A stretch of DNA of 64,000 nucleotides, taken from positions 110-64,109 of the forward strand of contig DATHCJ010000049.1 in NCBI GenBank assembly GCA_035319575.1, written 5' to 3'. The notes under the pieces were generated by a model that had not been told where the DNA came from, did not search any database, and was given only the letters and a program-made list of their open reading frames with translations. Within the stretch, counting starts at the first letter, position 1. Every line of letters starts with the position of its first letter. The position numbers and the translations under genes were made by a program. This DNA comes from Candidatus Limnocylindrales bacterium. Its GTDB lineage: Archaea; Thermoproteota; Bathyarchaeia; Bathyarchaeales; Bathycorpusculaceae. Shown piece by piece: positions 10,233 through 18,772 of this stretch.

Positions 10233-10418
10233 GTGTTAAACTTGAGCAGCAAAATTATCGCCCTAGGCACAGTAATAATCGTTATTTCACTCGTAACTTT
10301 AGCGGCGCTATCCGCTGAAATCTATGCCACGCTGCAGAGCATTAACCCAATAGCCGCACTTGCAGCTGTAATTGTCGCCGTTGCAGGCTTAATCTGGTTC
10401 AGAAAAACACGCAAATAA
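10233..10418 (+). CDS. small two-TM membrane protein
   Basis: Two hydrophobic helices and a basic tail. Confidence 0.55.
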   Translation: MLNLSSKIIALGTVIIVISLVTLAALSAEIYATLQSINPIAALAAVIVAVAGLIWFRKTRK

Positions 10419-10534
10419 TTCAATAAAGCTTATTTTTCGCGGTTCTGGAAAACCAAAAACTTCGCAGTACAAAATTTGACGGTCTGTGCATTTTGGGATT
10501 GCCCATAGCAGACGTGGAAGAAGAGGGAGTTTGG

Positions 10535-12733
10535 TTATTTGATTCTTAACTTTTTATAGACGTGGAGAAATACTTTTTCGCCTTCTGGCACTTGTTCTTT
10601 GAACTTGATTGAGACTTCGTTCGGTGACAGTGCCGCCCTGATTTCGCCTGTAACTCCCGATGAAGTAACGGCTTGCTTTCCCAAGAATTTTGTGGCAGCT
10701 TCAGACGTGCTGAATAGGCCCGTAACTGAGTACTCGTTAGCTTCTCTTTTTTGTCTTACCGCTCCTTCCTTGGTTTTTTTTGAGAAGAATTCTAATTCGC
10801 TGTCTGTTTCAGTGATTCTTCCGCCGCCGATTATTCGGAATTCGCGGGCTTGGAGTCCAGGGTTTATCAAGAGTATGTGGTCTCCTCTTTCCGCCACAAC
10901 TTGTTGTCTGAGTTTTATGTACACTAAGCATTTTTCAGAAGCCTTCACCGTGGTCTTCACAACGAACTTGCCGTCTTCCATGACCCCGGGCACAACGTTT
11001 CCCAGCACTTCGTAAGACCCAACAAACACGTCCACGTCGCTGTACGGCGTCAACGGACGCATGTAGTACTTGTCCACTTCCAATTCGGCTATTACGCGAC
11101 CGGTTGAACTGATGGAGCCGGGAGAAACGGCTACGTATCCTCTGTGAGCGTCATCAGGTTTTAGGTCCTTAACGGCGACGCCCACTCTTTCTCCCGCGAT
11201 AGCTTCCTCCTTGTCTTCGCCGAATGAACGCAGCGAACGTACTTGGCCTTTTTTGTCGATGGGTTTGATTTCGATAGTGTCTTTCACCTTAACTTTTCCA
11301 CGATGGATTGTGCCCGTTAAGACAGTTCCGACTCCGGCTATGGTGAACGCATGGTCGATAGGCATCTTAAAAGGACCGTTCCATTGCCGAATAGGCGGAC
11401 CGATAGAATCTTGAAGAGTACTCTTGAGTTCATTGATTCCCTTGCCCGTTAGTCCTGAAACTTCCACGATCTTTGCTTTCTCATATGAAGTTCCTTTCAA
11501 GAGAAGCGTGACTTTCTGCTTGACTTCTTGAATTCTCTCAGGGGAAGCCAAATCCACCTTGTTCAGGGCAACTACAAGGTTCTTTATTCCGACGTCTTTG
11601 ATTATGGCGAAATGCTCCACGCTCTGAACCTGCAAACCTAGGTCGGCTGCAACAACCAGCACTGCTGCGTCAATAATGTTGGCACCGGCAACTGCGTGCC
11701 TAACCAAGCTGAAGTGCCCCGGCAAGTCGACGAGAGTGACCATATACGGGCCTAAGGTGAAAGCAGAGAAGCCCATGTCCAGCGTCATTCCCCGCTTGGC
11801 GGAGTCTGGCGCCTTGTCCAAAGCAGCTGTGGAGGGTTTTTCAGTGAGCTGTCTGGCAAGCATTGTTTTGCCGTGGTCAACGTGCCCGAAGAGACCGACA
11901 TGAACTGGGATTAGGCTTTTGCCTTCAATCACGGGGTAGCTTTTTGCGACTGCATTGGCTTCTCTGATGAATAGTTCAACCGCATCCACAGGCTTCGAGC
12001 CGTCTGCCAGCGCCTTCTTCACCGCCTCTTTTCTGATTGCGGAAAGAGAAATCCCTAAGTCCGGATTCTTGTACCGCGTCATGACCTCCATCATGGCTTT
12101 CCGTGTTTCCCTCTCAATGCCCCGTGCTCTCAGCGACTTCTCGTTTCCCACAACTTTTTTGGGCTTAGAACGGATGGGCCTTTCAAGCCTCTTAAGAACC
12201 GCGGCAACAACGATGTTGGTGATGTCTTCGTAACTTCGCTTGCTCGGATCGACGACGGCGATGGGTGTGTCCCATTTGTAGTCGCCTTTGGGGGGATCAA
12301 ATTTCTGGTTGATTTCCTCAATAAGCGAAGATGGTATCGGCGACCCCCGTTCTTGGTTCCATTTGACGGCTTGTTCAACGGGTGTATCAACGTAGACTAT
12401 GTCGTAGTCCGCGTTTGACCGTTTGGCAATCTGCCTTAAGTCACTTCTCATTGACTTGTAATAGTTCATGTCGTCGCTGATGACAAGGAAACCCTGCTCT
12501 AAAGCAGCTGCAATCGCCTTCTCGTAGAAAGACTTCACCGATGCTTCCCGCTCGGGCTGAAACCCCATGGCGGAATAAGAGAGCATTTCCCGAAAATCGT
12601 CCGAGCTGATCACCATCGTCGGCACGCCGTGTTTGTCCTCGAACAAGGCGGCGACGCTTCTGCTGATAGTGGTCTTTCCTGAAGAAGGCAACCCGCACAT
12701 GATAAGCAGGTAAGGGCTACTCTGCGACACCAT
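10535..12733 (-). CDS. pstK-selB: O-phosphoseryl-tRNA(Sec) kinase (PSTK) fused to Sec-specific elongation factor SelB
   Basis: aa ~1-265: GLPSSGKT, DDMNYYKSMR, KFDPPKGDYKWD (PSTK). aa ~275-732: GLFGHVDHGKT, RGMTLDMGF, DLPGH, NKVD, PIDHAF, GERVG (archaeal SelB). No stop at the junction. Confidence 0.92.
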   Translation of the reverse strand: MVSQSSPYLLIMCGLPSSGKTTISRSVAALFEDKHGVPTMVISSDDFREMLSYSAMGFQPEREASVKSFYEKAIAAALEQGFLVISDDMNYYKSMRSDLRQIAKRSNADYDIVYVDTPVEQAVKWNQERGSPIPSSLIEEINQKFDPPKGDYKWDTPIAVVDPSKRSYEDITNIVVAAVLKRLERPIRSKPKKVVGNEKSLRARGIERETRKAMMEVMTRYKNPDLGISLSAIRKEAVKKALADGSKPVDAVELFIREANAVAKSYPVIEGKSLIPVHVGLFGHVDHGKTMLARQLTEKPSTAALDKAPDSAKRGMTLDMGFSAFTLGPYMVTLVDLPGHFSLVRHAVAGANIIDAAVLVVAADLGLQVQSVEHFAIIKDVGIKNLVVALNKVDLASPERIQEVKQKVTLLLKGTSYEKAKIVEVSGLTGKGINELKSTLQDSIGPPIRQWNGPFKMPIDHAFTIAGVGTVLTGTIHRGKVKVKDTIEIKPIDKKGQVRSLRSFGEDKEEAIAGERVGVAVKDLKPDDAHRGYVAVSPGSISSTGRVIAELEVDKYYMRPLTPYSDVDVFVGSYEVLGNVVPGVMEDGKFVVKTTVKASEKCLVYIKLRQQVVAERGDHILLINPGLQAREFRIIGGGRITETDSELEFFSKKTKEGAVRQKREANEYSVTGLFSTSEAATKFLGKQAVTSSGVTGEIRAALSPNEVSIKFKEQVPEGEKVFLHVYKKLRIK

Positions 12734-12874
12734 TTTCCCCTGTTGTCTATCCTATTTTCGGTTAATAATTCTGTCGCATCAGGCAAAGGTGATTTTCAGG
12801 TGAAAGCACTCGCTTTGGACGCAAAATGCACAGCTTGGCCGAAAAGAACTGCAAAAAAAGTCAATGGGTCTGAT

Positions 12875-13339
12875 TTAGCCCTCAACTTTTATCGGTCTGT
12901 TGGCAATCTCGATGATCGCATCATACTCTCCGACTTTAATGTAGGTGAAAAGTTGTGCAAAATGAATTCCTATTCTTTCAGACAATTCTTCTTTCGAAGG
13001 ATAAAACCGATATATGTGAATGCTTGAAGGATCCAAGGTAAGATAAGACTTGTACTTGGCATCATAAGAGAGTTCCTTAATACCTTCTTTTACAGTTGCC
13101 TCCCCAAAAATCAACCCGTCAAAAGAAAACAAGATTTTCGAACCGAAGGGCAATCCATTCTTCGGCTTTTTTTCATTAAAAAAATATCTGTGCGGTTCTT
13201 CTTTCTTGCCTTCAAGCCATTTGATTGCACCTACCACACTAACGACCGATCTAAATGTGGGATCTGACTTAGAAAGGGAAAAGACGCAAATTGTTTGTCC
13301 GTTTACCATTTTAGATAACCAAATTTGTCTTGGTATCAC
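12875..13339 (-). CDS. hypothetical protein, possible EVE/PUA-like fold
   Basis: AT-rich ORF; GSKILFSF..IFGEATV...FTYI pattern reminiscent of EVE/ASCH domains; start uncertain. Confidence 0.45.
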   Translation of the reverse strand: MIPRQIWLSKMVNGQTICVFSLSKSDPTFRSVVSVVGAIKWLEGKKEEPHRYFFNEKKPKNGLPFGSKILFSFDGLIFGEATVKEGIKELSYDAKYKSYLTLDPSSIHIYRFYPSKEELSERIGIHFAQLFTYIKVGEYDAIIEIANRPIKVEG

Positions 13340-13601
13340 TGGTCTTATGTATTTTGCTCAAGATTAGGCATAGACTCAATAGAAGGTAGCGGCCACATTT
13401 CAAAGTCCATTAACAAAGACGTTGGTTTAGGTTTTAAAACTTGCTTGGGCAGTTTGAACCGCAGCAAAATATTTCACTATATTCTAACGACACAGTCACA
13501 CAATTCGTTCTTCAGAAGAAGCAGGGCCAGTATACAAAGCATTAAAAGAACAATTGTACGCATTTAACAACAGAAAGAAAGTCAAAATAGAGGCGCTTCT
13601 C

Positions 13602-14915
13602 ATGTATTCGTTTGATAAGTTGAAGGACACAATCCCAAAGAGCATACTTGCCAGAGGCTTGACAGTACTGGGCACAGAGTCAGAGCCGATAAAGCTGCTT
13701 TTCGAGCATAGAAGTGTACCACAGGAAGGCTGGAAGGATAACCAAATCGAAGTCTTACTGAATTTATTCGCCACAATGGATTCGGACAAGGACGGCAAAG
13801 CAGTTTTCTTGGGCGAACGCGAAGGCAGGGTGGCGTCCGCAACTGTTTCGAAGCTTGCAGCTGGGTTCCACCATGGCGTTGGAAGGTCAGGCGACCTGAC
13901 TGAAGCCCAGCCTAAAGCGGCAGGGGCATCCCTAATGTACTACTTCGCCAACAAACTGGCAACTGACGCTCTCAAAAGGTTCGGAGCGCCAAATATCAGG
14001 AAGGCAGTAATCTTTCCGGTGGCAACGGGAATGTCGCTTGCTCTTGCATTGTGCGCCGCAAGAAACCTAACTAAGGGAAATGAGGTTGTTTACCCACAGA
14101 TTGACCTCAAAACTCCGCTGAAGGCGATTAGCATGGCAGGTCTGCGACAGAAAATAGTGCCGGGGGAAGTCAACGGAGACGCAGTAAACGTTCCCGGAGA
14201 AGAAATAGGGAAAGCAGTTGACGAAAATACGGCGGCGATTCTGTCGACAACCACGTTCTTTGCCCCTAGAGAACCAGACAAAATCAAGGAGATCGCAAGA
14301 ATCGCGGAGGAAAAGAAAGTGCCGCATATTATAAACAACGCGTTCGGAGTGCAGAGCAGAGAAATCATGAAGCTCGTTAGAGGCGCAGTCGACGCGGGAC
14401 GTGTAGATGCAGTAATCCAGAGCACAGATAAGAATTTCCTTTGTCCAGTCGGTGGCGCAATAGTTGCTTCGTCAAACGAGGGATTCCTAGGCGATGTGTC
14501 TGAAACCTATGCGGGGAGAGCAACAGCCGCTCCTATAGTGCAATTCCTCGCGGCGTTACTATCGATAGGATTAGAAGGCTACGAGAAGCTGAGAATCCAG
14601 CAAGAAGAAAACAGAGAGTACCTTGAATCGTCCCTCAAGGAAGTTGCAGAAAAGCACGGGCAGCGAATACTGAATGTCCACAATCCGATTTCGGTGGCTA
14701 TGACGCTGGATGGAAGAGACGCAAAGAAAATAGGCAAGGCCTTGTATGCGGCAAGGGTCAACGGTGCAAGGGCGCTGGAAAAAAATGATTTCGGAGTGTG
14801 CTGCCCACAGTATGTGTCATCCTACATCAACTTCGACGCTAGCTTAGGCATGAAGAAAAGGGAAATCACCGTGGCAGCAGAGCGGCTGGACAAGGTTTTG
14901 AAGACAGTGGCGTAG
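13602..14915 (+). CDS. spcS: O-phosphoseryl-tRNA(Sec) selenium transferase (SepSecS)
   Basis: GEREGRV, HGVGRSGDLTEAQPKAAG, PVATGMSL, FAPREPD, HIINNAFG, QSTDKN (PLP Lys), YAGRA. Confidence 0.95.
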   Translation: MYSFDKLKDTIPKSILARGLTVLGTESEPIKLLFEHRSVPQEGWKDNQIEVLLNLFATMDSDKDGKAVFLGEREGRVASATVSKLAAGFHHGVGRSGDLTEAQPKAAGASLMYYFANKLATDALKRFGAPNIRKAVIFPVATGMSLALALCAARNLTKGNEVVYPQIDLKTPLKAISMAGLRQKIVPGEVNGDAVNVPGEEIGKAVDENTAAILSTTTFFAPREPDKIKEIARIAEEKKVPHIINNAFGVQSREIMKLVRGAVDAGRVDAVIQSTDKNFLCPVGGAIVASSNEGFLGDVSETYAGRATAAPIVQFLAALLSIGLEGYEKLRIQQEENREYLESSLKEVAEKHGQRILNVHNPISVAMTLDGRDAKKIGKALYAARVNGARALEKNDFGVCCPQYVSSYINFDASLGMKKREITVAAERLDKVLKTVA

Positions 14916-15007
14916 TGGCGGCGTCCAAGGGGAATCGGACCCCGAGACCTCAGCGGACTCACCGGATTTGAAGTCCGATGCTAGGACCACCTAAGCTGTA
15001 GGACGCC
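14916..15007 (-). tRNA. selC: tRNA-Sec (anticodon UCA), 9/4 fold
   Basis: GGCGTCCTA/TTGGACGCC 9-bp acceptor; D arm GCTTAGG-TGGT-CCTAGC; ATCGGA-CT-TCA-AA-TCCGGT; long variable arm; 4-bp T stem GGGG/CCCC; G73 plus encoded CCA. Confidence 0.93.
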
Positions 15008-15177
15008 TCGCGTGTGACTTCGATTGTTGAATAATTTTAACGAGCAAAATAAACATATTCCACTTTGAAGGCTGTGGACCCGTTTTAAGCTTCTCCGGTC
15101 CCTCTCACCAAAGTTTTGGGTGAGTCTTTGGGTAAAAGCTTATGTTTTGCCCAACTTATTGTGCAGAGGGCGAGTGC

Positions 15178-15420
15178 ATGATTGAAACCCCGTTCCATGA
15201 AGATAAGGTACACATTCCACGAGAAGTCTAAGAAGGGCTGGGGCTGGCTGAAGGCGATGTGTTGCGCATAGAGGTTGTCGAGAAAGGGATAGCCAAATTG
15301 GAAGTTACACGCAACTGCGTTGCAGCAGCCCGAATTCTTAAACGACTTAAACATCCAACTGATTTAGGGAAAATAAAAAGAAAACTAACACGAAAGGAAA
15401 TCTACCAAGACATTACTTAA
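15178..15420 (+). pseudogene. AbrB/VapB-type antitoxin pseudogene
   Basis: MIETPFHEDKVHIPREV*EGLGLAEGDVLRIEV... with in-frame TAA at 15229-15231. Confidence 0.65.
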
Positions 15421-15426
15421 CACCAA

Positions 15427-15512
15427 GATAACAAGGTTGAATGCATCTTCACAGAAAATTTTGATGGCTTCAACTGATATAGCTTCCAAACGTCGTAAAT
15501 CCTTTCAAGTGA
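15427..15512 (+). pseudogene. PIN/VapC toxin C-terminal remnant
   Basis: Broken frames read VECIFTENFDGF... and VVNPF, typical of the PIN C-terminus. Confidence 0.4.
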
Positions 15513-15597
15513 ATTTCGTGCCAGAACTGCAATTATATAACGGTCGCATCAATTTTGAATAATAAGCAGTAAACAGAAATTACCGGGGAGACGCAAA

Positions 15598-16044
15598 GTG
15601 TATCTTGGCTGGCTACTGTCGGTCCTTATCTTGGTACCGAACCTTGTGTACTTCAGATACAGTCCTACCTCTGTCCCTGCAATGGGAGCAAAACCAAAAA
15701 AGCTAATGGTGCTTTTGGAGCGAGTTGGCCAAGTCGGTGTTTTTGCGGTTCCTTTGGTTTACCAAACCTTTCTCGAGACCGTCACGGAGAAGCTATGCCT
15801 TTTGATTATGACAGTTTTTCTGGCAGTTTATTATGTTTGCTGGATCAGGTATTTCCATCATGGCAGAAGATTCGGTCTTTTGTATGAGCCTCTTTTTGCG
15901 CTGCCCTTTCCGCTCGTGGTGTGCCCCATCATTTATTTTATGGCAGCCTCAGTGTTTCTGGGCTCATTGCCGCTTCTGATTTTCACGCTTGTCCTCGCTG
16001 TGGGCCACACGGATATAAGCAAAGTGGAATACCAGAGGTATTAG
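15598..16044 (+). CDS. hypothetical membrane protein
   Basis: Several TM helices. Confidence 0.7.
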   Translation: MYLGWLLSVLILVPNLVYFRYSPTSVPAMGAKPKKLMVLLERVGQVGVFAVPLVYQTFLETVTEKLCLLIMTVFLAVYYVCWIRYFHHGRRFGLLYEPLFALPFPLVVCPIIYFMAASVFLGSLPLLIFTLVLAVGHTDISKVEYQRY

Positions 16045-16075
16045 AGTTCTTCCAAAAGCGAAGATTAGGAGTTTA

Positions 16076-16112
16076 AGGGAACATAACCACATAGCTCAAC
16101 AGCGAGTTCCCT
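16076..16112 (-). promoter_or_regulatory. 3'-UTR hairpin of hdrA-mvhD (SECIS candidate or terminator)
   Basis: AGGGAAC...GTTCCCT 7-bp closing stem starting 2 nt after the TAA. Confidence 0.4.
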
Positions 16113-16114
16113 GT

Positions 16115-18625
16115 TTACTTTGCCGCTGCTTCAAGCGCGGGTTTAGCTGCAGAACCTTGTGCCACGGCTTTTCGTTTTAGCATATTCTCCAGTGTCGGTC
16201 GAAGCTTGGCGTTTTCTGCTTCTATCTTCTCTTTTCCCAGCGCCTGCATCTGCGCGGTCATTTCCTTGACTATTTCGACGAACTTCTCGCCTTCAGCTGA
16301 CGAAACATAGTCAACCCTGAATCTTTCCGGGCTCAACCCAAGCTTTACAAGCATGCCAGATAGGGCATCCATGCGCGCTTTCATCCTGATGTTTCCAGAG
16401 ATGTAGTGGCAATCGCTGGGAAGATGGCACGCAGTAATCAGCACACCTCCAGCCCCCAGCCTAAATGCTTCCATAACGAAGTCACGATCCACCCGTCCAG
16501 TGCACATTACCCGTATCGACCTTGTTGTCGGTGGGTATTGAAGCCGGCTCGTCCCCGCTCGGTCCGCGCCGGCGTAACCTCACCAGTTACACATAAACGT
16601 CAGTATTTTATCTTCAGGGTCCCTTTCCAAAGCGGCTCGGATCTGTGAAAGTATCTGTTCGTCGGTGAAGTGCTTCTGGGTTATGGCGTCTTGTGGGCAT
16701 TCAGCAACGCATGTTCCGCAGCCGTGACATTGGGCGGGGTTGATTTGGGCTGGTTGTCCGTCGACTATTGTTATGGCTCCGAATGGGCAGCTTTTCGCGC
16801 AGAGACCGCATTTTGCTTTTACGTTTCTGCATTTAGCGGCGTCAACTATTGAGACAATGGGTTCTATCTGCCATTTTGGCTGAGAAAGGATGGTTGCAGC
16901 CCTTGCTGCCGCGCCGCTTCCTTGGGATACGCTGTAGGGTATGTCCTTTGGTCCTTGGCAAGCACCTGCTAAGAACACTCCGTCCATAGGCGTATCCATC
17001 GGTTTGAGTTTCGGGTGACTTTCCGTGAAGAACCCGTCTGGTCCCTGCGTTATGTGCAGGATGCTTGCTAATTCTTCGGCTCCCTTGCTTGGTATGGCAG
17101 CTGTACTGAGTACAACAAGTTCCGCTTCGACTTCGATGGGTTGCCCCAGCTTCGAATCCTCCGCGCGGATAATCAAGTTCTTAGTCTTTGGGTCCTCCAA
17201 AATTAGCGACGGTTTTCCCATAATGAAGGTTATTCCCTTTTCACGGGCTCTCCGATAGAATTCTTCATAACCTTTGAAGGGAGCTCGAATATCAATGTAG
17301 AAAATGTAGACTTCCACGTCATCATGATAGTGCTCTTTCAGAAGAATGGCTTCTTTCAGTCCATACATACAGCAGAAACCTGAACAGTACTCGTACTTGT
17401 TTAGATCCCTTGAACCGACGCATTGAATGATGGCAACGCTTTTCGGTGTCTTTCCGTCAGATGTGCGCACTACATGTCCAGTTGTTGGACCGCCCGCCGT
17501 GATGAGTCTCTCAAATTCCAAAGCTGTAATTACGTTATCGTACCTTCCATAGCCATATCTGGGGTCATCATTTGGCTGATAAATGTCGCAACCAGTTGTT
17601 ACGATGATTGTTCCAACGTCTAATTCGACTTCCTCTGGCTTTTGGTCAAAGTTGATGGCTTCACGGGCGCCGCAGGCATCCACACATTTGAAGCACTCTA
17701 TACAGTAGTCTCTGTTTACCGAGTAGATAAGAGGCACTGCTTGGTCAAACGGAATGGAGATGGCTTTTCTTGTTCCTAAGTTCATGTCCCACTCATTGGG
17801 GTACTCTATTGGGCAGACATCTTTGCATTCCCCGCAACCAGTACAGTTCTTCGCATCAACGTACTTTGGGTTCTTGCGAACTCGCACTTTAAAGTTACCT
17901 ACGTAACCCTCTACGTTGAGGACATCCGCATTTGTTATTACTTGGACCTTAGGATGGCGATTTACCTCCACCATCCTAGGTCCTTCAATTCATATGCTGC
18001 AATCCAAAGTTGGGAAAGTCTTGTCGAGTTGTGCCATGTGGCCTCCTATGCTCTCGTTTTTCTCGACAAGGTAAACGTTGAAACCCATATTAGCCAAATC
18101 CAGAGCGGAGTTGATGCCCGCGATACCCCCGCCGATAACTAAGGCGCTTTTAGTTACGGGAACCTCCATGATTTCAAGAGGCCTAAGCAACCTCGCCTTG
18201 GCCACAGCCATCCTCACAATATCTTTCGCTTTTGCTGTGGCTTCTTCTGGAACACTCTGATGGCACCACGAATCGAACTCACGTATGTTTGCCATCTCAA
18301 ACACAAAGGGGTTTAACCCTGCTTCACTTACGGTTTTCCGAAATGTTGGTTCATGCATTCTTGGGCTGCAAGCGGCGACGACGACACGGTTCAAGTTGTA
18401 TTCTTTTATTGTTTTTCTGATTTCTTCTTGTCCCGGATCAGCACATGTGTATCGGTTCTCTTTTACGACGACAACGTCGGGTATTGTTTTGGCATATTCA
18501 ACTACTTGCTTAACGTCTACTGTTCCAGCGATGTTTAAGCCGCAATTGCAGACGAAAACCCCTACTCGCGGCGGTTCTACCTGTTCAGGAGCCCGAATTG
18601 GCTTTTGTGTTTCTGGTTTGCTCAT
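16115..18625 (-). CDS. hdrA: heterodisulfide reductase HdrA fused to MvhD/VhuD; selenoprotein with two Sec (U212, U682), 836 aa
   Basis: ORFs 17990-18625, 16580-17974 and 16115-16507 share one frame, broken only by TGA at 17990-17992 ([21 protein letters not shown]) and 16580-16582 (FMCNW-U-GYAGAD); GGGIAG FAD motif, ferredoxin motifs, QCVGSR, RVMCTGR. Confidence 0.93.
16543..16573 (-). promoter_or_regulatory. stem-loop starting 6 nt 3' of the second Sec UGA
   Basis: UGA-GGUUAC-GCCGGC GCG GACCGAGCGGGGA CGA GCCGGC. Confidence 0.55.
17944..17983 (-). promoter_or_regulatory. stem-loop starting 6 nt 3' of the first Sec UGA
   Basis: UGA-AUUGAA-GGACCU AGGAUGGUGG AGGUAAA UCGCCAUCCU A AGGUCC (16 bp, one bulge). 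Confidence 0.7.
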
Positions 18626-18693
18626 TCTACAACATCCTCAATAACCATGATCATTCTTTTTCTGCCGCTTCCCTTCTCGTTGGAGAAGCAGTT

Positions 18694-18732
18694 GATATAA
18701 GTGTTGTTTGAAAACTAAACCAGTTTGAAAAC
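18694..18732 (-). promoter_or_regulatory. hdrA promoter: TATA-like TTATAT with two upstream GTTTTCAAAC repeats
   Basis: TTATAT at 18695-18700; GTTTGAAAAC (+ strand) at 18706-18715 and 18723-18732. Confidence 0.5.
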
Positions 18733-18772
18733 AAACCACGATCACTAGGATAGCACGACGAAGCGAACGTGC

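Noticed and set aside
16115-18625. hdrA as a pseudogene in three pieces
   Set aside because: Both breaks are TGA at known Sec positions next to Sec machinery, and there are no other lesions
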